A DNA stretch of 32,240 nucleotides from Dehalococcoidia bacterium (lineage in GTDB: Bacteria > Chloroflexota > Dehalococcoidia > Lucifugimonadales > UBA3495): assembly GCA_030740155.1 (NCBI GenBank), contig JASLXV010000017.1, positions 1 to 32,240 of the forward strand, given 5' to 3'. The notes under the pieces are model-generated. The model was not told where the DNA came from. It did not search any database and worked only from the letters and a program-made list of their open reading frames with translations. Below are positions 1 to 8,564 of the stretch, in pieces (the stretch's first letter is position 1; every line of letters begins with the position of its first letter). The translations under genes and the position numbers were made by a program.

Positions 1-68
1 GAAGGAGCGGGTCTCCTCGGTCCGAGCTTCTGCTGCCATGGCCTTGATGTTTTCTGACTGGGACACAT
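1..68 (-). CDS. 5' end of a CDS running off the left edge (MCPSQKNIKAMAAEARTEETRSF...), product unknown
   Basis: ATG at 68-66 preceded by AAGGAG on the minus strand; frame open to the window edge; same strand as the neighbouring genes. Confidence 0.55.
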   Translation of the reverse strand, partial: MCPSQKTSRPWQQKLGPRRPAP

Positions 69-241
69 TTGCTCCTTTCTGGAAGTAATGTACCTTCATT
101 CCAGGAGCTCACGCCACTTCCACTTTCTCGGGTTTTCTTACCCCCAATGTGTCCCATTATCGCTGACGGTCTACATACGAATGCTTGCCGGGCCAACTCC
201 CGGCCCGCTTCCGCCCAATTGTAGCATCCGCGAGTCTCCTC

Positions 242-1803
242 TCAGGGTCCGGACGCCTCGGAGGGGCAGATGACCGGCAACGTCGACCGGCCGGTCAACC
301 GTTTCCGCCGGCAGGGGGAACGAAACCCGCGAAAAGCCAGCATGCCGAAGGGGGCAACCAGGATGACCAACAGCGCCAGGTCACCGGGGACGCCGCTGCT
401 AGAGCTTGGAGCGTTGCAGCCGGGGGAAGATTCACTGGTTTGTCCGGCACCTTCTGGGGCCGCCCGAGTGGGTTCGGAGGCCGGGGTAGGCGGCACTGAG
501 GCCGGGGCTGGCCCCGGGGTGGTGGGGGCAGGCGCCGCGCCGGTGGGGGTTGGATTCGGTGTGGCAGTGGGCGGTGCCGGGGTGGGCGCCGGTGTTGGGG
601 TGGGAGGTGGCGGCGTGGGAGTCGGCGTCGGAGAAGGGTGCGGCGTCGCGGTCGGGCTCTTTGGGAAGGCGAGTTCCGGCTCATCGGGCAGGGGCCAGGG
701 CTCCAAGCCCGTGGCCGTTCGCCACCGGTTGTCCAGGCCGAGAAGATCCAGCCCGTAGACCAACTGCAATGCCTGGTCGATGTTGAAGGTGCTCTGGATT
801 GCCTGCATCAACTCGGCAATCTTGGCCTCTCCGTACTCGGTGGCCAGGTAACTCACCACTGACTGGCTCTGGCGTAGGCGGTTACTATGTCCTGGGGAGT
901 GCCTCTGATGGTGACGAGGTCGCTCAGAGGCTTGATCCGCCCGTCGTGGATTCCGCGGGCCAGTGCATCATCGTATTCGCTGGCGGGAGCGAGGTTCCCG
1001 TACTCCGCCAGGCCTTCTTTCAACCAGGAAGGCATTCGAGAGTAGGCGCGCCTGGCGGCCTCCGCCGTCGCCAGGTGGGAGACCTCGTGGGAGACGATAC
1101 CCCAAATTGCCGGGTCAAATGACTGAACCAAGACGACGCGCTCATCGCCGAAAGCCATCCCCTCGGTGCGCACCCGGCCCTGCTGAAGCTGAGAGTCGAA
1201 TGGCAGGGCCGCCGACATTTCAAAGTAGCTATCGTAGGCGACGATGCGGAACTGTTCGGTTGGGTCGATGCCCAACACCGGGGCCATGCTCCGGAGCCCC
1301 TCTTGGGCGGCATTCAACACCGTCGCCGCCCGGCCCTTCCCCTCCTCGCCGTAGTAGTCGACGGTTATCAGGCCGGAAGTTATCGTTTGCCAGTCAAACC
1401 GGGCGTCGAAGTAGATGATCTCCTGGTCTGGTGTGCGATACACCGCTCCGGCCTCGTCCCAGATCTCAAAAGAGTATCTGATCGCGGTGCCGGGTGGAAT
1501 GTATCTGCTACCGAAACCGGTGGGCAACACGGTCTCGCCGGTCACCAACTCGGCGGGCTCGAACTCCAGCGTCCAGTACGTGCCGGTCGCGTAGCGGCCG
1601 GTGCTCCTGAAAAACAATCGGATCTCGTCGATTACCTGGGGACTGCGAGCGGTTACGAAGAACCTGATGTTGTCCGGGTATTGGCTCACCGCGCCCAGCT
1701 CCACCACCTCGATCTCGCCCGAGTCGGCCCGAACGTCATTCGCCGTGGAAACTTGGAGCATGGTGGCCAGGCCGAGGGCCAAGCCCAAGCAAAGACGCAT
1801 CAC
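242..1803 (-). pseudogene. Secreted peptidase MA-like (gluzincin) metalloprotease with Pro/Thr-rich linker and C-terminal membrane anchor, split by a 1-nt frameshift near 871 (real or sequencing error)
   Basis: ORF 853..1803 has a signal peptide, HEVSH (HExxH) and WLKEGLAEY. ORF 242..859 continues the domain (VVSYLATEYG...). Adding one C at GCC^AG gives continuous AYAQSQSVVSYL. Confidence 0.8.
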
Positions 1804-1877
1804 GATGGGTGTATCGCTTGGTCGTGCAGACGTACCTGGCGCCGGTCACCGGGAAGCTCGGGGTGTGCCACCGGTGG

Positions 1878-2816
1878 TCAGGACTCCGGCATGTTGCGCA
1901 GGATGTCCTCCAGCGTCTTGTCCAACGCCGGGTCCATATCAACAGGCACGATGTACGGAGTATAGCTGTAATCGGCTCTGGCGTTTTCGATCAGTTGTTT
2001 GGCGTCGGGGTTGGAGTCACTGATCTGCTCCAACCGTTCTTGCAGCTGCCGCGCCTCGGCAAGGCCTTGATCCCGCAGCTCCGATAGGTCAACGGTCAAA
2101 CCGAACATGTCATTGAGTCTTCTCATTATGTCGTAGAAGGAGCGATGGTCCTCGGATATCCCGACCTGTTGGTTGTTAGAGGTGACGAAGGGGAACATGG
2201 GCGCCATGGCCCCAAACCGGAATATCTCGATATCCGGGTACTCATAATGGGCCATGGTGACCAGCGCCATCGCGATTGTTGGCCCTCGTCTCCCTTCGCT
2301 GCCGTAGCTGGAGAATTGCACGCCAAACCGCTCCAGTTCCTGTTTCATACCCGGCTGGCTGTAGACGCAGGTAATCCGCCGTTCCATATCGGGAGGGACC
2401 GGTCCGTTGACACCCTCCACGGCCACGGTCTGCTTGATCCCAAGCTCGGTTATGGCTTGAAAGAAAGCTTTGCCGAAGGCGTCGATACGGAACCAGGGCT
2501 CCTCTCCCCTAAACAGAATAAGGCCGTTGCCCGCATCGTAGAAATAGTTTTCCCGGTGCATCGCCTTGGTGGGGAGTCCTTCCTCGAAGGCTACCCGGGG
2601 ACGGAAGGTGTCGTGGGTCCCCGCGACCTGGAACGGGTAACAGGTGTTGGAGATCCCCGGTCCCAGTTCGCCGATTTTCTTCGCCCCCAGTTTGGCGATG
2701 AGGTATCTGATCAAGCCTCCCGAGATTCCTCCTCCGTCAGACCACTGGCGCCGCCACCCGGCTATCAAGAACCGGGCGGGAGGTTTCTCGTCGAGGATCA
2801 GCATTTGGTCGGTCAT
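1878..2816 (-). CDS. PAC2 (proteasome assembly chaperone)-family protein
   Basis: 312 aa; LIAGWRRQWSDGG, YLIAKLGAKKIGE, RPRV, LILFRGEEP pattern and a C-terminal VDLSELR helical region resemble PAC2 proteins; GGGAGG RBS. Confidence 0.7.
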   Translation of the reverse strand: MTDQMLILDEKPPARFLIAGWRRQWSDGGGISGGLIRYLIAKLGAKKIGELGPGISNTCYPFQVAGTHDTFRPRVAFEEGLPTKAMHRENYFYDAGNGLILFRGEEPWFRIDAFGKAFFQAITELGIKQTVAVEGVNGPVPPDMERRITCVYSQPGMKQELERFGVQFSSYGSEGRRGPTIAMALVTMAHYEYPDIEIFRFGAMAPMFPFVTSNNQQVGISEDHRSFYDIMRRLNDMFGLTVDLSELRDQGLAEARQLQERLEQISDSNPDAKQLIENARADYSYTPYIVPVDMDPALDKTLEDILRNMPES

Positions 2817-3240
2817 GGCACCCTCCCGAAAGAGCCGTGAAGGGGTTATTGTAACTCAGGTGTTCTCCGGGCGTTTAGATATCGGGCCAGGGAAAGGAAT
2901 CTCACCGCTTGCCCGCGGGGTGGTACCCTTGGCCCGCCTTGCTCTATTCCATAGTTTAACCGGCAGCGGCTCAAACGCCAACCGTGCCGCGTGCCAGAAG
3001 GTAAATCACGCTTCATCGAGGGACGTGGCGGTCCAACGGGCAGACTTTTCTTGCGATCCGCCGGGGAGTCCGTGAATCTATTGGGCCTGGAGCCGCACCG
3101 GCGCCTAGTTTTGTGTTCGCCTCACCGAAATCGCCGCGGAACCCAGGCCCTTTTGAAGAAACCGGCGGCTCCGGTTACATCTCGTTTTCTTGCTGAAGAA
3201 ACGTCAAGCGACCGCCGCATCCGGGGGCCAGCCCGGCTTC

Positions 3241-3269
3241 TTGACACCGGCATTGCGCTTCGCTATAGT
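3241..3269 (+). promoter_or_regulatory. sigma70-type promoter for the grd-like pair
   Basis: TTGACA (3241-3246)-N17-TATAGT (3264-3269), upstream of the proposed TTG start at 3313. Confidence 0.7.
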
Positions 3270-3312
3270 CGCCCAATCGTGCGCCGGGCCGCTCCCGGCA
3301 CGGGGGGGTATC

Positions 3313-4614
3313 TTGCGCTTGGACCTGGCGATCCATCGTGTTTCAGAGATTCACGCCGGGGACTCCACCCGGCTGGAGGGGACAAGCCTCCAGGTCGACG
3401 TGGAGGAGTTGCGGCGCCATCTCCTGGAGGACCGCCGCCTCGAAAGCATTGATCTGGACCTGGTCCGGCCCGGGGAGCTGTGCCGGGCAGGCTACGTCTT
3501 CGACATTGTGGAGCCCAGGGCCAAGGAGCCCGGCCACGGGACCGATTTCCCCGGCATCCTTGGTCCCATCTCCGTCGCGGGCCAGGGTACAACCCACGTG
3601 CTCCGGGGATCGGCGGTGACGGTCGTGGATGGCGGGCAGCCCGGAGGCGAATGGGGATACAACTCGAGAAGGGGCGGCATGGTAAAGGTCCTGGAGATGG
3701 GCGGACCAGCCGCGCCGGCCTCGCCCTATAGCAGCCTCCACCATCTGGTATTGGTCCCCCATGCCCTTCCGGAAATCGAACGGCACGCGGTACTCAACTC
3801 CCTGCGGGTGGCGTCTGTAAAGGCAGCAAACTACCTGGCCCGGGCCGGCCTGGGAAGGCCTCCCGCGTCCGAAGATGTTTACGAGTTGGAAGGCCCATCG
3901 GCCGAAGGACGCCGGGGGCTCCCTCGCTTGGCCTACATCGGCCAGATTCATGGCCACCAGCATGGAGCGGAGGTGGACGAGCACATCCTCTACGGCAGCA
4001 ACACTCGCGGTATGATGCCGGTATCGCTCCATCCCAACGAGTGGCTGGACGGCGCTGTAGTCGTCTCCTACTCGTGGGGAGCCCGCGGCCTCGAAACCTT
4101 CTTCTACCAGAACCAGCCCATCATCACCGACCTCTACCGGCGGCACCGTGCCGGAGAGATCACCTTCGCCGGCACTATCGCCACGGTTTCGTCCGACCTG
4201 GAAGAGGAGATGAGGCGCAACTCCATGCTGGCCGCCCAGATTGCCAAGTCGACTCTGAGGGCCGACGGGGTGATCCTGACGAAGTACGTGGGCGGCGCGC
4301 CTCATTCGGACATGTTCGAGACGGCCCGCTTGTGCGAGGCGGCGGGAGTCAGGACCGTTATCCAGGCCACCGACACGGCCCCGGACGGGCGGGCTGAGTC
4401 GGCCCTTCTCATGAGTGCGCCGGGGGTGGACGCGGTGGTAAGCTTGAGTGAGGGGGTTGACCTATCCTGGCGAGTACCGGCCGCGGAGCGTGTCATAGCG
4501 GGAAACCCGGAGGTGGCGGAGACCCTTGCCCCGGCACATGATCTGATGGCCAGGGCACTTTGCGGGGTGACCAACAACCAGGGAGCGTCCCGGCTCCGGT
4601 CCATGGTCTACTGA
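3313..4614 (+). CDS. grdE: Glycine/sarcosine/betaine reductase component B proprotein subunit (GrdE/GrdG/GrdI family); substrate unknown
   Basis: N-terminus MRLDLAIH like GrdE; DIVEPRAK, DFPGILG, G.GTTHVLRG, HPNEWLDGA, QNQPII and ADGVIL motifs. TTG start at 3313 with G-rich RBS is preferred over the ORF-track start 3190 because the promoter lies at 3241-3269. Confidence 0.85.
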   Translation: MRLDLAIHRVSEIHAGDSTRLEGTSLQVDVEELRRHLLEDRRLESIDLDLVRPGELCRAGYVFDIVEPRAKEPGHGTDFPGILGPISVAGQGTTHVLRGSAVTVVDGGQPGGEWGYNSRRGGMVKVLEMGGPAAPASPYSSLHHLVLVPHALPEIERHAVLNSLRVASVKAANYLARAGLGRPPASEDVYELEGPSAEGRRGLPRLAYIGQIHGHQHGAEVDEHILYGSNTRGMMPVSLHPNEWLDGAVVVSYSWGARGLETFFYQNQPIITDLYRRHRAGEITFAGTIATVSSDLEEEMRRNSMLAAQIAKSTLRADGVILTKYVGGAPHSDMFETARLCEAAGVRTVIQATDTAPDGRAESALLMSAPGVDAVVSLSEGVDLSWRVPAAERVIAGNPEVAETLAPAHDLMARALCGVTNNQGASRLRSMVY

Positions 4615-4654
4615 GAGCCCATCCAACAACTCCAGATGAGGCCACTCGAGGTCC

Positions 4655-4727
4655 TTCGACAGGCTCAGGACGAACGGCTTTCCCCCGCTTCGTACGATTA
4701 TCCCCCGTTCGTGGTGAGCCTGTCGAA
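4655..4727. repeat. REP-like inverted repeat pair (family A)
   Basis: TTCGACAGGCTCAGGACGAACGG (4655-4677) and CCGTTCGTGGTGAGCCTGTCGAA (4705-4727) are reverse complements at 21/23 positions, with a 27-nt loop. Confidence 0.8.
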
Positions 4728-4865
4728 CCACCGCAGCAGGCTATTGAATTGGGTCTTTGTACCCAGGCTGGATGCTATCCCCAAGTCGACTCACGAACAA
4801 CTCGACAATGAGCGCTGGACCGGAGAGGTTGACCTTCGAGTGAGCTTGGCGCCGGGAGTATAAAG

Positions 4866-6137
4866 ATGCTAGTGGTCCACTATCTGAATCAATTCTTCGG
4901 GGGCATCGGAAGCGAGGAGGCGGCCGGAACTCCTCCACAGGTGCGTGCGGGAGCCGTGGGCCCCGGCCGGGCGCTGGAGCAGGCCCTGCCCGAGGGCTCT
5001 CACGTCGTGTCCACCATCGTATGTGGCGACAACTACGCGGCCGAGCACCCGGAAGAGATCGCCGCCCTGGCCGTGGCAACGGTGCGCGACGCCGGGGCCG
5101 GCCTCCTGGTAGCGGGCCCGTGCTTCCAGGCGGGGCGCTACGGGGCAGCCGCCGGCGCGGTGTGCAACGCCGTCCAGGCCCAGCTGGGGGTGCCGGCTGT
5201 CACCGGCATGGCGGAGGAGAACCCCGGCGTGGACATCTACCGTGGGGAGATATACATAATCGACTCGGGCCGTGACGTGGCCCGGATGAAGGATGTCCTG
5301 GCGAAGATGGCTTCGCTGGGCGTCAATCTGGTGAACGGGCAGCCGGTGGGCCGGCCCGCCGAGGAAGGATACCTTCTCCAAGGGAAGCTGCGGTCAGAGT
5401 TCGTCGACCAGACGGCGGCCGAGCGCCTGGCGAACCTACTGCTGGCCAAGCTGAAAGGCGAGCCCTTCGAGTCAGAAGCCCCCGTTCAAGCCCCGGAGCC
5501 CGTGCCGGTCCCTCCGGCGGTGGCCGATCTATCCAATGCCACCATTGCCGTGGTGACCGATGGGGGCCTGGTCCCCAAGGGGAACCCGGACCGAATTCCC
5601 ACGGGGTTCGCCAAGGTCTGGGGGGCTTACAGCATCGCCGGGCGGGACGGCCTGATAGGCGAGGACTATGAGGTGGCCCATGGCGGCTACGACGTGCGGT
5701 ACGTCCAGGCCGACCCCAACCGTTTGGTGCCGGTGGATGTCCTGCGCGAGATGGAGCGGGACGGATTGTTCGGCAAGCTGCACGAGGAGTTTCTGTCCAC
5801 CACCGGAAACGTCAACCCTCTGGAGAACAGCCGGAGAATGGGCCGGGAGATGGTGGAGTGGCTCAAGATCGCGCAGGTTGACGGGGTGATCCTGGTCTCA
5901 ACTTGAGGGACCAGCACTCGCAGCGGCGCTGCGATCGGAACGGAGATCGAGAAAGCGGGAATTCCGGTGGCCCAGGTCACACCGATGACCCTGGTGGCCG
6001 AGGCGGTGGGTTCGAACCGCATCGTGCGGGGTCAAGGGATTGTTTGCCCCTTGGGCGACACCGGGCTTCCGCCCGGCGAGGAGCGGGAGTTGCGCCGTAA
6101 GGTGGTCCGGAAGGCATTGGACGCACTGGCTGAGTGA
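4866..6137 (+). CDS. grdB: Glycine/sarcosine/betaine reductase selenoprotein B (GrdB/GrdF/GrdH family), 423 aa, Sec at codon 347
   Basis: MLVVHYLNQFFGGIG N-terminus, AHGGYD, DPNRLVPVD. TGA at 5904-5906 lies in VILVST-U-GTSTRSGA and the frame continues with family-typical EIEKAGIPV...VGSNRIV...PLGD to TGA 6135-6137. SECIS-like hairpin follows the UGA. Confidence 0.92.
5918..5934 (+). promoter_or_regulatory. Bacterial SECIS-like hairpin
   Basis: Perfect 7-bp stem TCGCAGC/GCTGCGA with GGC loop, separated from the in-frame UGA by 11 nt. Confidence 0.75.
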
Positions 6138-6151
6138 GAAAGCGCCACGCT

Positions 6152-6187
6152 CTGGGGGAACTTCTTTAGGAAAAGAAGTTCCCCCAG
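6152..6187. terminator. Long hairpin between convergent grdB and sdhB; candidate terminator or REP-like element
   Basis: CTGGGGGAACTTCTTT-AGGA-AAAGAAGTTCCCCCAG, 16-bp perfect stem; no clear U-tract. Confidence 0.5.
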
Positions 6188-6214
6188 GCCCCCTCAAGAA
6201 ACCTGTGCTTGGCT

Positions 6215-6271
6215 TGGTTCTTTCTGGGGAGGTTTGGAGGACCTCTTTCTTGCAAGAAAGAGGTCCTCCAA
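6215..6271. repeat. Family B palindromic repeat, copy 1
   Basis: 38-bp perfect palindrome TTGGAGGACCTCTTTCTTGCAAGAAAGAGGTCCTCCAA (6234-6271) plus flank TGGTTCTTTCTGGGGAGG shared in inverted orientation with the copy at 29172-29225. Confidence 0.8.
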
Positions 6272-6283
6272 GAGGCCTCGCCG

Positions 6284-7024
6284 CTACCTGATTCCAATAA
6301 GCCGCTTCAGCTTGTTCACCACCACCCGGCGCTTCAACCCCTGAATGGCCACACTGATGGGAATCCCCTTCGGACAAGCGGCGGAACACTCAAAGATCGT
6401 GTGACACCGCCACAAGCCCTCCTCGCTGGCTGCCACCCGCAACCGCTCCCGGGCAGCACTGTCCCGACTGTCGGAGACCAGGGCGAAGGCCCGGTTGAGC
6501 GCCGCCGGTCCCAGGAAATCGGCGTTCAGGCCGGCCACCGAGCAAGCCGAGTAGCAGAGGGCGCAGTAGACGCATTCCCGCTGGGGATCGATGGCTCTTC
6601 GCTCTTTGGAGTCCGGGGAGATCGCCACGGGCCCCCGGTCGTCTCCCACTGGAGAGAGGTAGGGCACGACTTGGAGCAGGCGTTGGTAGAATACTGCCGG
6701 GTCGACCACCAGGTCCCGCACCACCGGCAGATGCCGCATCGGCTCGACCCGCACCGTGCCGCCACGGCCGTCCAGCAATTGGCGCACCAGAGTGCGGCAC
6801 GCCAGGCCTTCCCGCCCGTTGATGACCGTGCCGCAGGACCCGCACATCCCCACCCGGCAGGCGCAGCGGTAGGCCAGCGAAGGATCGGCGTTTCGCTGCA
6901 CCCAGATGAGGGCGTCCAGCACGCTCATGCTTTCCGCTATGACGGGCACGGAAAAGCTCTGCCAGTGGGGGCCGGCTTCGGCGCCCGTTCCCGTTCGCTT
7001 AACCGCCAGCGTTATCTGTTCCAT
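6284..7024 (-). CDS. sdhB: Succinate dehydrogenase/fumarate reductase-like iron-sulfur subunit
   Basis: CRVGMCGSC...LAC [2Fe-2S], CVYCALCYSAC [4Fe-4S], CHTIFECSAACP [3Fe-4S], RDLVVD, FLGPAAL. Confidence 0.92.
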   Translation of the reverse strand: MEQITLAVKRTGTGAEAGPHWQSFSVPVIAESMSVLDALIWVQRNADPSLAYRCACRVGMCGSCGTVINGREGLACRTLVRQLLDGRGGTVRVEPMRHLPVVRDLVVDPAVFYQRLLQVVPYLSPVGDDRGPVAISPDSKERRAIDPQRECVYCALCYSACSVAGLNADFLGPAALNRAFALVSDSRDSAARERLRVAASEEGLWRCHTIFECSAACPKGIPISVAIQGLKRRVVVNKLKRLIGIR

Positions 7025-7052
7025 AGCCTGCTCGCACCCATTTTTCGGAGGG

Positions 7053-7448
7053 CTAGATTATGAACTGCAGCAGCGCCCAGGCACCATAGGCAAAGGTCGC
7101 CACGCCCAGCAGCCAGAGGCCAGCGGTGATGGGCCGCCGCCGTTCCGCGGCGGGCCGCCACTCCAGCAGGATGTTGCGGACTCCGTTGAGGCCGTGGAAT
7201 AGGACCAGAGCCAGTAGGGAGAAGTCCACGAAAACGAACAGCCCCTGGGCCAGCCGGCGTTCCACGATGTCGAACAGGACCAGCTCCTCCCGCCGGCCGT
7301 CGATCACGTCGGCGATGCCGGAGAAATGAGCCATCCAGATGTGGACCGCCAGGAAGAATATGAGCAACAGTCCGCTGACCCGCTGGAAGAACCAGGGCCA
7401 GAAGCCTGACGGGTCTCGCTCTCGTATGCCGGTCGTAGGGATGGTCAT
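7053..7448 (-). CDS. sdhD: SDH-like membrane anchor subunit (SdhD-type)
   Basis: 131 aa, three hydrophobic segments, WFFQRVSG, LAVHIW, FHGLNGVR. Confidence 0.82.
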   Translation of the reverse strand: MTIPTTGIRERDPSGFWPWFFQRVSGLLLIFFLAVHIWMAHFSGIADVIDGRREELVLFDIVERRLAQGLFVFVDFSLLALVLFHGLNGVRNILLEWRPAAERRRPITAGLWLLGVATFAYGAWALLQFII

Positions 7449-7481
7449 AAGTTCTCGCTGGGCTGCTAGTGCGGGCCGGTC

Positions 7482-7883
7482 TCAGAAGATCAAGGGGAAG
7501 CTGACGTAGGCGGCCGTGCCGGTCGTAACCAGGGTCAAGGCCAGGCAGGCCCAGAACAGCGCCGCCTGACACCGGATGCCGATCCCCAGGTCCAGAAGGA
7601 CCACCCGCAGCCCGTTTAAGCCGTGATACAGTACCGCCGCCAGCAGCAGCAGGTCCAGGGCCACGAAGACCGGGGTTTGAAGCACCTTCAGCACGTCGTC
7701 GAAGGTGTCCGCTCCGGCCTGGCCGGTGGAAATGACGGCGATGTGCAGGAAGAGATAGCCAACCAGGGCCACTCCCGTTACCCGCTGCAGCAGCCAGGCC
7801 CACCAGCCGGCGTGGGTGCCGGAGTAGCGGTCGCGGGAGGGACCGTTGTGGAGTAGTAAGGCGCGGACCGGTGCGGCCAACAC
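7482..7883 (-). CDS. sdhC: SDH-like cytochrome b membrane subunit (SdhC-type)
   Basis: 133 aa, WLLQRVTG, YLFLHI, YHGLNGLRVVLLD. Confidence 0.85.
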   Translation of the reverse strand: MLAAPVRALLLHNGPSRDRYSGTHAGWWAWLLQRVTGVALVGYLFLHIAVISTGQAGADTFDDVLKVLQTPVFVALDLLLLAAVLYHGLNGLRVVLLDLGIGIRCQAALFWACLALTLVTTGTAAYVSFPLIF

Positions 7884-7889
7884 ACCCCC

Positions 7890-8564
7890 CTAGAAGAGTT
7901 CCATCTCCGGATTCTGCTCTTCGCCGATGCGGCGGAACACGGGGGGCTTCAACCCCTCGTAGAGGGCGCCCAGCCGTTGGTTGATATCCTCGTTCACCTT
8001 GGAGAAGAAGCTGTTTCCCCGAGCGTCGCCCTCCACCAGGAGGGGTCCCAGCTCGTTGAGGTCTAGGACCCACAGGGCCTCCGAGATGCCCAACTCCTCC
8101 ACCCAATACACCCCCAACACCCGCTGGATGGCCCGGCCGTAGATGGCTCCCAGTCCATAGCCCACTGTGGAGAGGCAGACAGCACCATGTTCCCTGAACA
8201 CATCCTGGTAGACCTTCTCTGACATGCCTGCCTTGCCCACCACGGCTCTGACCCCGTAGCGTCCCAGCAGTTCCGGCATGTATTTGGCGTAGCGGAAACT
8301 GGCGGTGGCCTGGAGTGAGGACACCTTGAACTCTCCGGGGGAGACCTCGACGCCGGCAGGGGAGGACTGGAAGCTGACGTTGGTCAAGGCGGCCAGGTCC
8401 AGGGGCGGCTCGTGGCCCTCCACGAGCATGTGCTGGTACACCCCGTCGCGGGCGGTGAACACCGGGCCCGTCAGGTAGACCAGGTCACCGGCGGACAGCT
8501 TGGCTAGGTCCTCCGGCGTGAGCGGGGTCTTGAGACGCCACTCGCGGCTCTCGGCTTGTTGCAT
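7890..8564 (-). CDS. Fe-S hydro-lyase beta subunit (class I fumarase/tartrate dehydratase family)
   Basis: LKTPLT, GDLVYLTGPVFTARD, VGKAGM, ELGISEALW, GPLLVEGDARGNS; start directly follows the alpha-subunit stop (TAGATG). Confidence 0.88.
   Translation of the reverse strand: MQQAESREWRLKTPLTPEDLAKLSAGDLVYLTGPVFTARDGVYQHMLVEGHEPPLDLAALTNVSFQSSPAGVEVSPGEFKVSSLQATASFRYAKYMPELLGRYGVRAVVGKAGMSEKVYQDVFREHGAVCLSTVGYGLGAIYGRAIQRVLGVYWVEELGISEALWVLDLNELGPLLVEGDARGNSFFSKVNEDINQRLGALYEGLKPPVFRRIGEEQNPEMELF

Noticed and set aside
480..660. G-rich low-complexity tract as a DNA repeat or G-quadruplex element
   Set aside because: Fully explained by Pro/Thr codons of the peptidase linker on the minus strand.
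3190..3312. ORF-track N-terminal extensions (3190 for grdE; also 9608, 10053, 14702, 18220, 19512)
   Set aside because: They overlap promoters, repeats or upstream genes; downstream starts have better RBS context and match family N-termini.
4866..5906. grdB as a truncated gene or pseudogene ending at 5906
   Set aside because: The UGA is at the family's Sec position, has a SECIS-like hairpin, and the frame continues with conserved sequence.
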